A DNA stretch of 64,000 bases from an uncultured delta proteobacterium. Its GTDB lineage: Bacteria > Desulfobacterota > Desulfobacteria > Desulfobacterales > JAFDCJ01. The stretch is taken from NCBI GenBank assembly GCA_963769935.1, contig CAVYNY010000010.1, forward strand, positions 288,001 through 352,000, in the 5' to 3' direction. The notes under the pieces were generated by a model that worked only from the letters and a program-made list of their open reading frames with translations, ran no database searches and was not told where the DNA came from. Both the position numbers and the translations under genes were made by a program. This document shows, one piece after another, positions 31,812-42,186 of the stretch (positions within the stretch are counted from its first letter, which is position 1; the number at the start of each line of letters is the position of its first letter).

Positions 31812-32634
31812 ATGAGTCTCAAAGATCGACATATCGCATTTATCGGCGGCGGCGCACATCACTGAAATCATCGTCGCCAACTTGGCAGAGACTGGTATCG
31901 TTGTCCCGCGACATTTAATTGTCAGCGATCCGATTAAAGAAAAATTGAAAACCCTGCAAAGCAAGTACGGCATTTCAACCGCGGCAGACAACATGGAGGC
32001 GGCCATTGCCGGTGACTTCGTTTTTATCAATGTTCTGCCCCATGTCGTGGAAGACGTGGTAAAAGAGTTCCGCCGGGAGGGGTTTCCACCGGACAAAGTT
32101 ATTGTCACTGTGGCGGCCGGAATTCCCATGAAAACTTATGAGGTGCTGGGGGATCAGATAGCGGTGGTCCGGGCCCTGCCGAACCCGCCGAGCCGCATCG
32201 GGAAGGGCATCGCGGCGCTGGCCTTCAACCCGCATGTCCCGGAAGACCGGGCCCAGGATATCTTTGAGTTGTTTTCCTGTCTGGGAGAGTATGTCGTCGT
32301 CAGAGAAGCGCACGTCAATACAGTCATGGCGTTGAGCAGCCCGGCCATCACTTATCTGCTATTCCAATCTTTGATCGATGCCGGCGTCCGCGCGGGACTG
32401 GATCGCGGAAGGTCGACCAAAGTCGTTTATCAAACGATCACCGGCGCCATGGAAGTCTGGAAGACCCGCCAGGCGCCGCCCTATGAATTAGTCGGCGAAG
32501 CCAGCACGCCGGGCGGAATCTCGATTGAAAGCCTGTTTACCCTGGAAACATATGCCTTTAAAGCCGCCGTCATGGAAGCCATCGACAGTGCCATCCGACG
32601 AGCTGAAGAACTGAGCCAGGGAGTAGGTGTTTAA
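31812..32634 (+). CDS. proC: Pyrroline-5-carboxylate reductase-family protein (+1 frameshift near 31853)
   Basis: MSLKDRHIAFIGGG from ATG 31812 shifts into ORF 31882 (VAAGI, RALPN, SSPA, STPGG). Confidence 0.75.
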
Positions 32635-32645
32635 AAACGTTCCCG

Positions 32646-32996
32646 TTAAACCACATGCCCTTCTTCCGGCACGATACATATAAACCGGAACATTCCTTCT
32701 CCCACATTTCTGTACTGGTGCCGGCTGCCGGCAGGAACATAGGCATACGAGCCTGTCTCGACGGGTGTGTCCTTGCCGTCAATGTGCAAGGTGCCCCGGC
32801 CTTCAAGAATATAATTGATGTGAGGCCATTCATGGGTGTGCCGTGGGCTGTATCCGCCTTCGGCCAATTCGACCACCCGCATGACATATCCTTCCCAGCC
32901 CTCCTTCGGTGAAATCAACGCCTTCATGGCGGCGTTTTTTACTTCCGGGCTCTGCATGACCATTGAGGGAACATCTTTTTCATTGGCTACGATCAT
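32646..32996 (-). CDS. Cupin-domain protein
   Basis: PRHTHEWPH...EG.G...VPAGSRHQY metal-binding cupin motifs. Confidence 0.88.
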   Translation of the reverse strand: MIVANEKDVPSMVMQSPEVKNAAMKALISPKEGWEGYVMRVVELAEGGYSPRHTHEWPHINYILEGRGTLHIDGKDTPVETGSYAYVPAGSRHQYRNVGEGMFRFICIVPEEGHVV

Positions 32997-33053
32997 AATA
33001 TTCGCTCCTTTTTTAATTAATTTCCGTCTGAATTTAGTCTTTAAATATCATTT

Positions 33054-33157
33054 AACCACGAATTGACACGAATAATCACGAATTATGGCAACAGCCCAAG
33101 TCAGGAACACTTTAATAAAAAAATTAATTCGTGAAAATTCGTGTTCATTCGTGGCTT
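33054..33157. repeat. CACGAA-family palindrome (10-bp units)
   Basis: AACCACGAATTGACACGAATAATCACGAATTA ... TAATTCGTGAAAATTCGTGTTCATTCGTGGCTT. Confidence 0.85.
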
Positions 33158-33243
33158 GTTTCAGTTTTCTGAAGTGATACGAATTGCCTAATAAAATGTG
33201 ATTTCATACTTGATTGTCAACATCCGGCCATCCACTATAGGTG

Positions 33244-35007
33244 CTAAGCTATTTTGATTAATGGACATCGAACATCGAACGTCCAACGTTGAACATCGAA
33301 TAATTGTGTCCCTCCGCTCCGCATTTTAATTTCTTTTGTTTTTAAAGCTCCGATATCAAAAAATGAATTTCTCCTCCTAATTCTTAATCTTTTCCCATTC
33401 AACATTCGATGTTGAAAGTTAGATGTTCGATGTTCATTTTTTTCCACTGGAATAAGCAAGCTTAAGATCAGGCATACCAGGGAGGCAAAGAACGCTATCC
33501 AGAACACCATCGAAACACCGCGGGCAACCGCCTCCTGCAGTGTTTTTTGAATATCAGGGTCAAGCAGGGCCTGGACTTCCGGTCGGAAAATGTTTTCAAT
33601 ACTCTGCTTCAGCTGGACATGCAATGACGGCGGCAAATTTTTCAAACCGGTATTCATCAAAGATTCCATAACATTTGACAATGTCAGGGTTACAAAACTT
33701 CCCGATATGCCGACGCCGATGGTCCCGCCCAGGGTTCTGAAAAATTGTTGCGAGGCGGTCGCAATCCCCAGATCCGACATATCCAGGCTGTCCTGCACCA
33801 CCAGCAGGGTCGCCATCGAAACAAACCCCATACCGATTCCGGCAAATCCCAAAACAACGGAGCAGGCCGCCAGGGAAGTGGCGGTCGTAAACGTGAGCAG
33901 AATTCCACCACTCGCGGCCAGGCACAGGGAGCCGAAGACCGTCGACGGTTTCTTGCCCAATCGATGCACAATCTGTCCGCATCCCAGGGCACCGGCCGAC
34001 CATCCCAGGCTCAAAGACAGCATCGCCACACTCATCTGCAACGGTGTTTTGCCCAAGGCACCCTGTATAAAAAGCGGACTGTAGGCAAACAGGGAAAAAA
34101 TCGCAAAACTGGCCAGAAACGCCGCCCCATTGCCGATACTGAAACCGCGCCTTCCAAAAAAACCCAGGGAAAGAATCGGTTCCCGCGCTCTTCTTTCGGC
34201 ATAAAAAAAGGCCACACCCGCCGCGATGGTAATTATTGACAGGCCGACGATTTGAGGGGATACCCAGTCGTAGGAGCGTCCTGCCAGCAGAAAAACGGTC
34301 AACAATCCCAGGATGGCCGTTGATAGGGTCAACGCTCCCCAATAATCGATGTCAGCCTCTTTCTTTTTGTCACGGACCTCGACCAGATACAGGACGACAC
34401 CCAGCAGGGACAATGCACCCAGGGGCACATTGACAAAAAAAATCCAGCGCCAGGATAAATAGGTCACAACCAAACCGCCGAACGTCGGGCCCAGAACGCT
34501 GGCCAACCCCCAGATAAAGCTTCCCAGGGACAGCGTCTTGCCGCGGTTCTCGGGTGAAGATATGTCCGCCAATACGATATAAACCAGGGCAAAGTTGCCG
34601 CCGGCGCCGATGCCCTGAAGCATGCGGGATAAAATCAGCTGCGTCATGCTTTGTGCCAGTCCCGCCAGAATCGAGCCCAACAAAAAAATACAGATCGAAA
34701 TAATGTAGAGCCGGCGGGATTTGAAAATATCGGCCAGCTTGCCGAAAATAGGCAAAGCGACTGCCCGCGCAAGCAGGTAGGCCGAATACACCCAGCTGTA
34801 AAGCTCAAGACCCCCTAAATCGGCGACGATGGTGGGCATGGCGGCCGACATCACCAGCGAATCCAGGGCACCCAGAAACAGCGCCAGCAGCGCGGCCATA
34901 ATTATATATTTTCTGCTGCGTTCGCTGATAACTGCCGCCGGCTGGCGTGCTTTCCCGCTTATGGAATGGGATTCAGCATCGATTTCTGCGCGTTGATCAC
35001 GAGACAA
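33244..35007 (-). CDS. MFS drug:H+ antiporter (DHA2, 14-TM) with a repeat-derived C-terminal tail
   Basis: LGALD, GKLAD, R.LQGIG, WRWIFFVNVP motifs; the last ~60 aa are encoded by the 33260-33438 repeat. Confidence 0.88.
   Translation of the reverse strand: MSRDQRAEIDAESHSISGKARQPAAVISERSRKYIIMAALLALFLGALDSLVMSAAMPTIVADLGGLELYSWVYSAYLLARAVALPIFGKLADIFKSRRLYIISICIFLLGSILAGLAQSMTQLILSRMLQGIGAGGNFALVYIVLADISSPENRGKTLSLGSFIWGLASVLGPTFGGLVVTYLSWRWIFFVNVPLGALSLLGVVLYLVEVRDKKKEADIDYWGALTLSTAILGLLTVFLLAGRSYDWVSPQIVGLSIITIAAGVAFFYAERRAREPILSLGFFGRRGFSIGNGAAFLASFAIFSLFAYSPLFIQGALGKTPLQMSVAMLSLSLGWSAGALGCGQIVHRLGKKPSTVFGSLCLAASGGILLTFTTATSLAACSVVLGFAGIGMGFVSMATLLVVQDSLDMSDLGIATASQQFFRTLGGTIGVGISGSFVTLTLSNVMESLMNTGLKNLPPSLHVQLKQSIENIFRPEVQALLDPDIQKTLQEAVARGVSMVFWIAFFASLVCLILSLLIPVEKNEHRTSNFQHRMLNGKRLRIRRRNSFFDIGALKTKEIKMRSGGTQLFDVQRWTFDVRCPLIKIA
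33260..33438. repeat. Palindrome with 42-bp arms of 7-bp AACATCG units
   Basis: AATGGACATCGAACATCGAACGTCCAACGTTGAACATCGAAT versus ATTCAACATTCGATGTTGAAAGTTAGATGTTCGATGTTCATT. Confidence 0.85.
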
Positions 35008-35409
35008 AATTTGTCGAACCGCCTCTCCGGAAGAAGTAATTTTGGGTTAGGTCCTTTACCATTGCGCTTTTTTCTGGTAATTTTTTAACCGTCTTGCAAC
35101 CTGACCGGTTCCAGGCCCAATCGGTTGAGGAATCACGGGTGGTTTTTCAACTGTTTTTATTCGCATCTGAATTTGGGTGCGATATTCAGGTGGTGAATAC
35201 GATAAAAAATGCATGCAGTAAAACACGGATTGCCCATTAAATCAATGGCGCGCATCGTCCTCCGTTTGGAATCTTTGAACCCTTTGCCGTCTGTGCTTCC
35301 GAGCCGCGGGCTCTAATTGTCGGAGGCCGAACGGGGCTGAGCCTTGAACCCTGCTTGTAGGACCGAAGGGCGGAGTCCTAAACCCTGAGCCCGTGTAAAG
35401 GAGAATATC

Positions 35410-36498
35410 ATGAAAATCTATCCCATCCCGATGGTGCCGGGACCGGTAAAAGTAGCACAGCAGGTTTTAGATGCCTATCAGTTCAATTACGGTTCGGCCG
35501 ATCTCGAGGCCGAATTTCTCGATTTATACAACCGCACCGAGGCCAACCTGAAAACCATTATGGCCACCCAAAACCAGGTCGTCATTCAATCCGGCGAAGG
35601 CATGCTCGCGCTGTGGGGAGCCTTGACAAGCTGCCTTGTTTCCGGCGATCGGGTGCTGTCCATTGCTACCGGCGTGTTCGGCGACGGCATCGGCGACATG
35701 GCTGCGTCTATCGGCGCCGAGGTGCGCAAAATCAGTCTGCCGTATGATCAAACCATCGCGGATATGGAGCAAATCAAAACCGAGATCTCGGCCTTCAAGC
35801 CGAAAATGATCACCGCGGTTCACTGTGAAACCCCCTCCGGCACGCTGAACCCCCTGGAAGCGCTCGGCCGCATTAAAAAAGACCTTGAAGTCCCGTTGCT
35901 CTATGTGGATGCCGTTTCAAGCATCGGCGGCGCGCCGGTTTTGACCGATGCATGGAATATCGACCTGTGTCTGGGGGGATCCCAGAAGTGCCTGTCTTCC
36001 CTGCCGGATATAGCGTTTCTGTCCGTCAGCGATGCCGCCTGGGAAATTATCGAGCAGGTGGACTACAACGGCTATGATGCCTTAAAACCTTTCCGAACGG
36101 CCCAGTCCAGACATTATTTTCCCTGCACCCCCAACTGGCACGGGATCGCCGGCCTCAACGCCGGCGCAGAACTTATTTTAAAGGAAGGACTTGCCGACAG
36201 CTTCAAACGCCACGCCGAAGTTGCCCGATTTTGCCGCACCCAAATAGTGGAGATGGGGCTGACGCTTTTCCCCTCGGCGAGCGCCGTTCCCGCCCCCACG
36301 GTCACGGCGGTCAACGTCCCCCAAGGTGCAACCTGGCGGGAATTTGATGCAAAACTGCGCCGCCAGGGACTGGTGGTGGCCGGAAGCTATGGACCGCTGG
36401 CAGATAAAGTTTTCCGGTTGGGCCACATGGGCACCCAGGCGGACCGGAATCTGGTTGCCCAGGCGATGGAAGTAATACGCAAGGCTTTACAATTTTAA
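35410..36498 (+). CDS. Class V aminotransferase (alanine-glyoxylate/serine-pyruvate type)
   Basis: PGP, VHCETPSG, VDAVSS, GSQKCL, FRLGHMG. Confidence 0.9.
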   Translation: MKIYPIPMVPGPVKVAQQVLDAYQFNYGSADLEAEFLDLYNRTEANLKTIMATQNQVVIQSGEGMLALWGALTSCLVSGDRVLSIATGVFGDGIGDMAASIGAEVRKISLPYDQTIADMEQIKTEISAFKPKMITAVHCETPSGTLNPLEALGRIKKDLEVPLLYVDAVSSIGGAPVLTDAWNIDLCLGGSQKCLSSLPDIAFLSVSDAAWEIIEQVDYNGYDALKPFRTAQSRHYFPCTPNWHGIAGLNAGAELILKEGLADSFKRHAEVARFCRTQIVEMGLTLFPSASAVPAPTVTAVNVPQGATWREFDAKLRRQGLVVAGSYGPLADKVFRLGHMGTQADRNLVAQAMEVIRKALQF

Positions 36499-36833
36499 GA
36501 CTTGACGGCAAAGTGCACCGCTGTCTGCGACTCGGGCGTCAGCTTTCGCCCGAGACCGATGACACCGTTCCCCAGCCCTTGGATCTCTTCCCGTTTGAGG
36601 AGGACACCTCTTTTCCCCTGCCGGTTTCAACCACGGCCGAGTCAATTTTTGCCGGCTGAAATCTGAAGATACCATCGTCCCTGACCCAAAATACATGATT
36701 TACCCTATTTAACTAATAAGTTTCTTATGGTTATTTGGTGAAAAAATAAAACTCTTGCCCAAATAATAATTGTTCCAGCCCGCTCTAAGCTGTTTGGATT
36801 AAATGCTTTTTTTCAATGAAGTTTCTTTTTCAA

Positions 36834-36995
36834 AAGGACAATGCCGTTGGCCGAAGCCCAGGCGCTGACCATATGGATGGCGCTTCTGGCATTGCTTTTA
36901 TCGTGAGAGGGAATGCCGTGGGGCAGTTGCAGAAAGTCCTTGAACCAGTCAAATTTTCACTGATCTAATACTTCGATAGATTCCCACGAATTGGT
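36834..36995 (-). mobile_element. ISAs1-family transposase remnant with internal deletion
   Basis: Manual translation TNSWESIEVLDQ*KFDWFKDFLQLPHGIPSHD|KSNARSAIHMVSAWASANGIVL matches the ISAs1 motifs GIPSHD and HMVSAWA. Confidence 0.75.
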
Positions 36996-37252
36996 GGGCG
37001 CCTTCATCTATTGTTGATGCTAATTCTAAATACGTTTGCCCTGTGCGTTTATCGACGAGGGGGGAATCGAAACAACGTTTTCCAAAAACGCCTGCGAAGG
37101 TATGCCATATCTGAAGCCTGACCTAGCGCCCTGGGAGACGCATAACGACATGCTGGAATTTCCTGTTATATAACCGGGCCTCCATCGCTGTCTGACGATT
37201 CTCCCATCAGAACAATATAATAACTTCCGTCACCCAAAAAGGAGGAAATTCG

Positions 37253-39325
37253 ATGCAAGTCCTTAAATCTCTCTGCATGGTCAGCCTGATGATGTTTTCA
37301 ATTTTGATCGTGCTCCCTGTCGGGGTCCAGGCCCAAGCGGTACAAACGAAACCGCAGTCGGACACATCCCCGCAAGGAACGGTGGAATCGACAGGGAAGC
37401 CGGATCAACTGGATCAGCATTTTCAAAAAGCACAAGCTGATTTGATCCGGAAAAACAATTCCGGCGCTGCCGCTGAACTTCAGAAAGCAGCCGCGCTTCT
37501 GGAAGATGAAGAGAAGCAATCCGGCAGTGATGCAAAACAACTGCTCGGCGATTCGGTTCGGGGGCTGAAACAACTGGGCCGGGAGTTGGAGGTTGGGACG
37601 GTCGTGCCGGAGGAAAAAATCCGGAAGATCTTTGCCCAAGCCCATCAAGCCCTGGCCCAAAATTACCAGCTGAAAGCCTCTGAATCCAGAACCCAAAAGA
37701 TGGCATCAAATCTTGGGCAGGATATTAATGGCGCAGCCGAACACCTCGAAAAAGCCTGGTATTGGTCCGGTCATCAGCTGGACGCCGCCGGCAAAGCCGT
37801 CATCGAACGTTCCAAGCAGATTGGGGAAAAAATCGAATCAGGGGTGAAATTGGCCGCCGCTGAAGCCGCAAAAAGCATCGATGATTTAGGAAATGAAATC
37901 GGAAAATTCGGGAAGCAGTTGACCTTGGAAAATTCGCCGAAAGTCATTTTCGCCGCAGCCAAACAAGAGGTTGGAACGAGCAAAGAGGCAAACAATTCCG
38001 GAATTGACCTCACCACTGCCATTATTCAAGTCGCCAAGGCGAAGATACCCACTGTCGTTCATATCACGGTAACCGAACGCCAGGAAGTTGCCAATCCCTT
38101 ATTGCCTTTCGAAAGCAATCCCTTCTTTCGCCGCTATTTCAATCTTCCCAAAAAAATGCCTAAAAAGTTCGAACGCGAATTAATTGGGGTCGGATCAGGA
38201 ATCATCATAGATTCCCAGGGACATATCGTCACCAACAACCATGTTGTTGGGGGTGCAACCAAGATCGAGGTAAAGCTTTCCGATGGCAGCATTTATTCCG
38301 CCAAGGTTCTGGGGACCGATCCCAAAACCGATCTCGGGGTGATTCAAATTTCAGCCGATGCCCCTCTTCCCTTCGCCACTTTTGCGGATTCCGATAAAGT
38401 TGAGGTGGGCCAATGGGTCGTGGCCATAGGCCAACCCGAGAGCCTGAGTGAGAGCGTATCGCAGGGAGTCATCAGCGCCAAGCATCGGACCGGAATTACT
38501 GACCCGAGCACCTATCAGGACTTTCTGCAAACCGATGCCGCAATTAATCCGGGAAACAGCGGCGGACCGCTGTTGGACCTTAATGGGAATGTCATCGGAA
38601 TCAATTCGGCGATCTTTTCCACAACGGGTGGATTTCAAGGGATCGGTTTTGCGATCCCCAGTAATATGGCTGCGCATGTGGCCGACGCTTTGATGAAGTA
38701 CGGGAAGGTTGAGCGCGGGTGGCTGGGGGTCACCCTTCAGGAACTGACGCCGAAGCTTGCCCAATCCTTTGGATTATCAACGCCCAGGGGCGCCCTGGTT
38801 ACCCAGGTGACAAAAGGCGGACCGGCGGCTAAAGCCGGTATTGAAGCCGGCGATGTGATAACGGCAATGCAGGGCAAACAAATTTCGGACGTCGCCCAGA
38901 TCCGCAACGCCATAGCCGATACGCCTATCGGGCAGGAAGTCGACCTGACCATCTTGCGCAACGGCAAAAGCCAGCAAATCGAGGTTAAAATCGGCAATCT
39001 GGAAGAAATGAATAAGCAATTGGCCGCTTCACTGAAAGAGCGGTTGGGAATTCTCGTTAAACCCATCCCGGATCTACAGGCATCGGCATACGGAATGCAA
39101 CCCAGCGGGGGCGTGATGATCCAATGGGTGGATCCGAAAGGTCCGATGGGCAAAATCGGATTTGAGGTGGACGACATGATCCTGGCAGTAAACGGCCAAC
39201 CCGCCGAAGATGTGGAAACGTTTACAACCCTGGTGGACAGTTTGCCGCACGGCCGGACGGTCGTGCTGATCGTCAGAGACCACCGGACCGGTCAAGAAGG
39301 GTCGGTCAAAGTACAGTTGGGCTAG
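37253..39325 (+). CDS. DegP/HtrA (S1C) protease with two PDZ domains and an extra ~200-aa helical N-terminal domain
   Basis: Signal peptide; triad TNNHVV, DPKTDL, GNSGG; two PDZ-like repeats. Confidence 0.92.
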   Translation: MQVLKSLCMVSLMMFSILIVLPVGVQAQAVQTKPQSDTSPQGTVESTGKPDQLDQHFQKAQADLIRKNNSGAAAELQKAAALLEDEEKQSGSDAKQLLGDSVRGLKQLGRELEVGTVVPEEKIRKIFAQAHQALAQNYQLKASESRTQKMASNLGQDINGAAEHLEKAWYWSGHQLDAAGKAVIERSKQIGEKIESGVKLAAAEAAKSIDDLGNEIGKFGKQLTLENSPKVIFAAAKQEVGTSKEANNSGIDLTTAIIQVAKAKIPTVVHITVTERQEVANPLLPFESNPFFRRYFNLPKKMPKKFERELIGVGSGIIIDSQGHIVTNNHVVGGATKIEVKLSDGSIYSAKVLGTDPKTDLGVIQISADAPLPFATFADSDKVEVGQWVVAIGQPESLSESVSQGVISAKHRTGITDPSTYQDFLQTDAAINPGNSGGPLLDLNGNVIGINSAIFSTTGGFQGIGFAIPSNMAAHVADALMKYGKVERGWLGVTLQELTPKLAQSFGLSTPRGALVTQVTKGGPAAKAGIEAGDVITAMQGKQISDVAQIRNAIADTPIGQEVDLTILRNGKSQQIEVKIGNLEEMNKQLAASLKERLGILVKPIPDLQASAYGMQPSGGVMIQWVDPKGPMGKIGFEVDDMILAVNGQPAEDVETFTTLVDSLPHGRTVVLIVRDHRTGQEGSVKVQLG

Positions 39326-39369
39326 GCAACCTATTTATCTCCCATCAAAACGGAACGGAAATTAATCTC

Positions 39370-42132
39370 ATGAAACCCAACCGCGTTGATAACGGAATAT
39401 ATAATCCGAATTCCACCATCCCGCAAATGAGCGGCAGGAAGCAGTCGATTCGCCGGGTTAGGCGCCTGCCGCTTTGGCTCATGCTGCTGTCGACCGCCAT
39501 ACTGATCGCAATGTCCAATGTTTGGGCCGCCGGAAGCGGTGCCGACCAGCAAAAAGATATACTGCGTGCGACTTTGGACAACGGTCTCCGGATAATCATT
39601 ATCCGCAACACGCTGTCTCCCGTGGTTGCCACAATGGTCAATTATCGGGTAGGATCAAACGAGGCCCCGGAGGGTTTTCCCGGCACCGCCCACGCCCAGG
39701 AACACATGATGTTCCGAGGCAGCCCGGGCCTCTCAGCCAACCAACTGGCGGACATAATCGCCGCCATGGGCGGTATGTTTGATGCGGACACGCAGCAGAT
39801 TGTGACCCAATACTTCTTTGTCGTACCGGCCGAAGATCTGGATCTTGCATTGCACATCGAGGCAATCCGCATGCGAGGTGTTCTGGACAGCGAGAAATTG
39901 TGGGCCCAGGAGCGCGGTGCGATCGAGCAGGAAGTAGCCCAGGATCTGTCCGACCCTGAATACGTCTTTTATACAAAACTTCTGGCGGCCATGTTCAAGG
40001 GTACGCCGTATGCCCACGACGCCCTCGGCACCCGCGCCTCATTTGACAAGACCACGGGCGCCATGCTCAAGAAGTTCCATGATACCTGGTATGCTCCCAA
40101 CAATGCCATCCTGGTGGTTGTGGGCAACGTGGACCCCCCTAAAGCGCTGGAAGAAGTCAAAAAACTCTTCCAGGACATCCCTGCCAGAAGTCTTCCCAAA
40201 CGGCCTGAAATCAAACTGCAACCCGTAACGGCTGAGACATTCAAGCTCAAGACGGACCAGCCGTATGCGATGAGCATGATCTCCTTTCGCATGCCCGGCT
40301 ACGATAGCCCGGACTATGCGGCATCCGAGGTACTCGCCGATGTGTTGAGCAACCAGCGAAGCAACCTGTATACGTTGGTGACCGAGGGCAAGGCCCTGTT
40401 CACCGGTTTTAGCTTGAGTACGCTGCCCCAGGCAGGGTTGGGATACGCGATCGGCATGCTCCCCAAGGGAGCAAACCTGGCGGCTCTGGTCGAAAAGATC
40501 CGCCAGGTCCTGGCGGCCTATATAAAGGACGGCTTTCCAGCCGACCTGGTGGAAGCTGCCAAGCGGATCAAATTGACGAAGGCCGAGCTGCGGAAAAATT
40601 CAGTGCTCGGGCTGGCCATGACCTGGTCTCAAGCGTTGGCGATCGAGGGTCGACACTCCCCCCACGACAATCTGCTTGCCATCCAGCAGGTTACGGTGGC
40701 GGACGTAAACCGCGTGGCCCGCAAATACCTTGATCTGGACCATGCCATTGTGGGCCTTCTCACGCCGGAAGCCTCGGGCAAGCCTACTTCTTCGCACGGG
40801 TTCGGCGGCAAAGAGTCCTTTGCACCCCAACAGTCCAAGCCGGTAAAGTTGCCCGAATGGGCTGCCGCGGCATTAAAACGACTCGCCATCCCCCCTTCCA
40901 CATTGCAGCCTGTCGTTTTCGATCTGCCCAACGGCCTTAAACTGATCGTCCAGCCCGAATCCGTCAGCAACACCGTAAATATTTACGGTCATGTGCTCGA
41001 CCGACCTGAGCTGCAGACACCCGAAGGCCGGGAGGGCGTGGATCAGGTGATGGATCAGCTTTTTTCCTACGGCACTGAGTCCCTGGATCGTTTGGCCTTC
41101 CAGAAAGCCCTGGACGATATCGGCGCCAAGGAGTCCGCCGGAGTTGATTTTTACCTCCAGGTGCTGACACCCTACTTTGATCGCGGCCTGCAGCTTCTGG
41201 CCGAAAACCAGCTTCATCCCGCCCTGCCTGAAAAAGCCTTTAAAGTGGTGCAGCAGCAAGTGGCGGCTACCGTCGCGGGACAACTCCAAAGCCCCGGGTA
41301 TTTAGCGAGCCGGGCCGTCGATTCAGGCATTTTGCCGAAAAACGACCCCATGCTGCGTCAGGCTACCCCGAAAACCGTATCGTCTTTGACACTCCAGGAT
41401 GTAAAGGACTACTATCAGAAGGTCTTACGGCCTGATATGACCACCATCGTGGTCATCGGCGCGGTGACACCCGAAAATGCCAGGGCGGTGATCGAAAAAT
41501 ACTTCGGCGCATGGAAGGCAACGGGTCCCAAGCCCAACACGCTTCTGCCGCCGGTACCACTCAACAAATCCTCCGCAACGGCCGTGCCGGACAGCAGCCG
41601 GATCCAGGACAAGGTAACGCTGGCCCAAAGCCTTGAACTGAATCGTTCCAACCCGGATTATTACGCCCTGGAGCTGGGCAATCACGTTCTTGGCGGCGCT
41701 TTTTATGCGACCCGTCTTTATCGGGACCTGCGCGAAAGAAACGGTCTTGTCTATTATGTCTCCTCTTCTTTTGACCTGGGTCGGACACGCGGCCGCTATG
41801 TTGTAGAATATGCCTGTAATCCGTCCAACGTCGACAAGGCCCGCGTCATCGTACAAGAAGACCTGCGGGAAATGCAGAACGAGCCGGTGAGTCCCGAGGA
41901 GCTCCGGCAGGCAGCAGCATTGCTGCTGCGGGAAATCCCTCTTTCCGAGTCGAGCATAGACGGCATCGCTGAGGGGCTGATCGATCGAACCGTTCTCAAC
42001 CTGCCGCTCAATGAACCGACCCTGGCTGCTCAACATTATGTAAGGCTCACTGCCGAGCAGGTCAGGACAGCCTTTGCCCGGTGGGTGCGCCCCACTGACC
42101 TGGTTCAGGTAACCCAGGGGCCGCAACCCTAA
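39370..42132 (+). CDS. M16 (pitrilysin/insulinase) zinc peptidase, exported
   Basis: HAQEH (HxxEH) in the N-half; duplicated C-half with LRE..GL.Y; signal-like hydrophobic segment. True start may be downstream. Confidence 0.9.
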   Translation: MKPNRVDNGIYNPNSTIPQMSGRKQSIRRVRRLPLWLMLLSTAILIAMSNVWAAGSGADQQKDILRATLDNGLRIIIIRNTLSPVVATMVNYRVGSNEAPEGFPGTAHAQEHMMFRGSPGLSANQLADIIAAMGGMFDADTQQIVTQYFFVVPAEDLDLALHIEAIRMRGVLDSEKLWAQERGAIEQEVAQDLSDPEYVFYTKLLAAMFKGTPYAHDALGTRASFDKTTGAMLKKFHDTWYAPNNAILVVVGNVDPPKALEEVKKLFQDIPARSLPKRPEIKLQPVTAETFKLKTDQPYAMSMISFRMPGYDSPDYAASEVLADVLSNQRSNLYTLVTEGKALFTGFSLSTLPQAGLGYAIGMLPKGANLAALVEKIRQVLAAYIKDGFPADLVEAAKRIKLTKAELRKNSVLGLAMTWSQALAIEGRHSPHDNLLAIQQVTVADVNRVARKYLDLDHAIVGLLTPEASGKPTSSHGFGGKESFAPQQSKPVKLPEWAAAALKRLAIPPSTLQPVVFDLPNGLKLIVQPESVSNTVNIYGHVLDRPELQTPEGREGVDQVMDQLFSYGTESLDRLAFQKALDDIGAKESAGVDFYLQVLTPYFDRGLQLLAENQLHPALPEKAFKVVQQQVAATVAGQLQSPGYLASRAVDSGILPKNDPMLRQATPKTVSSLTLQDVKDYYQKVLRPDMTTIVVIGAVTPENARAVIEKYFGAWKATGPKPNTLLPPVPLNKSSATAVPDSSRIQDKVTLAQSLELNRSNPDYYALELGNHVLGGAFYATRLYRDLRERNGLVYYVSSSFDLGRTRGRYVVEYACNPSNVDKARVIVQEDLREMQNEPVSPEELRQAAALLLREIPLSESSIDGIAEGLIDRTVLNLPLNEPTLAAQHYVRLTAEQVRTAFARWVRPTDLVQVTQGPQP

Positions 42133-42186
42133 CAGGAGGCCAATTTTCGTTTTTCTGAAAAATCTTACCTCATCGGCGGTGGTGGA

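Noticed and set aside
31634..33438. Short repeats as a CRISPR array
   Set aside because: Units are 7-10 bp, tandem and inverted, with no unique spacers and no cas genes.
36487..36696. 69-aa ORF as an IHF/HU-like gene
   Set aside because: Only a vague GRDPRAGE resemblance; the rest does not fit the fold and it overlaps the aminotransferase stop.
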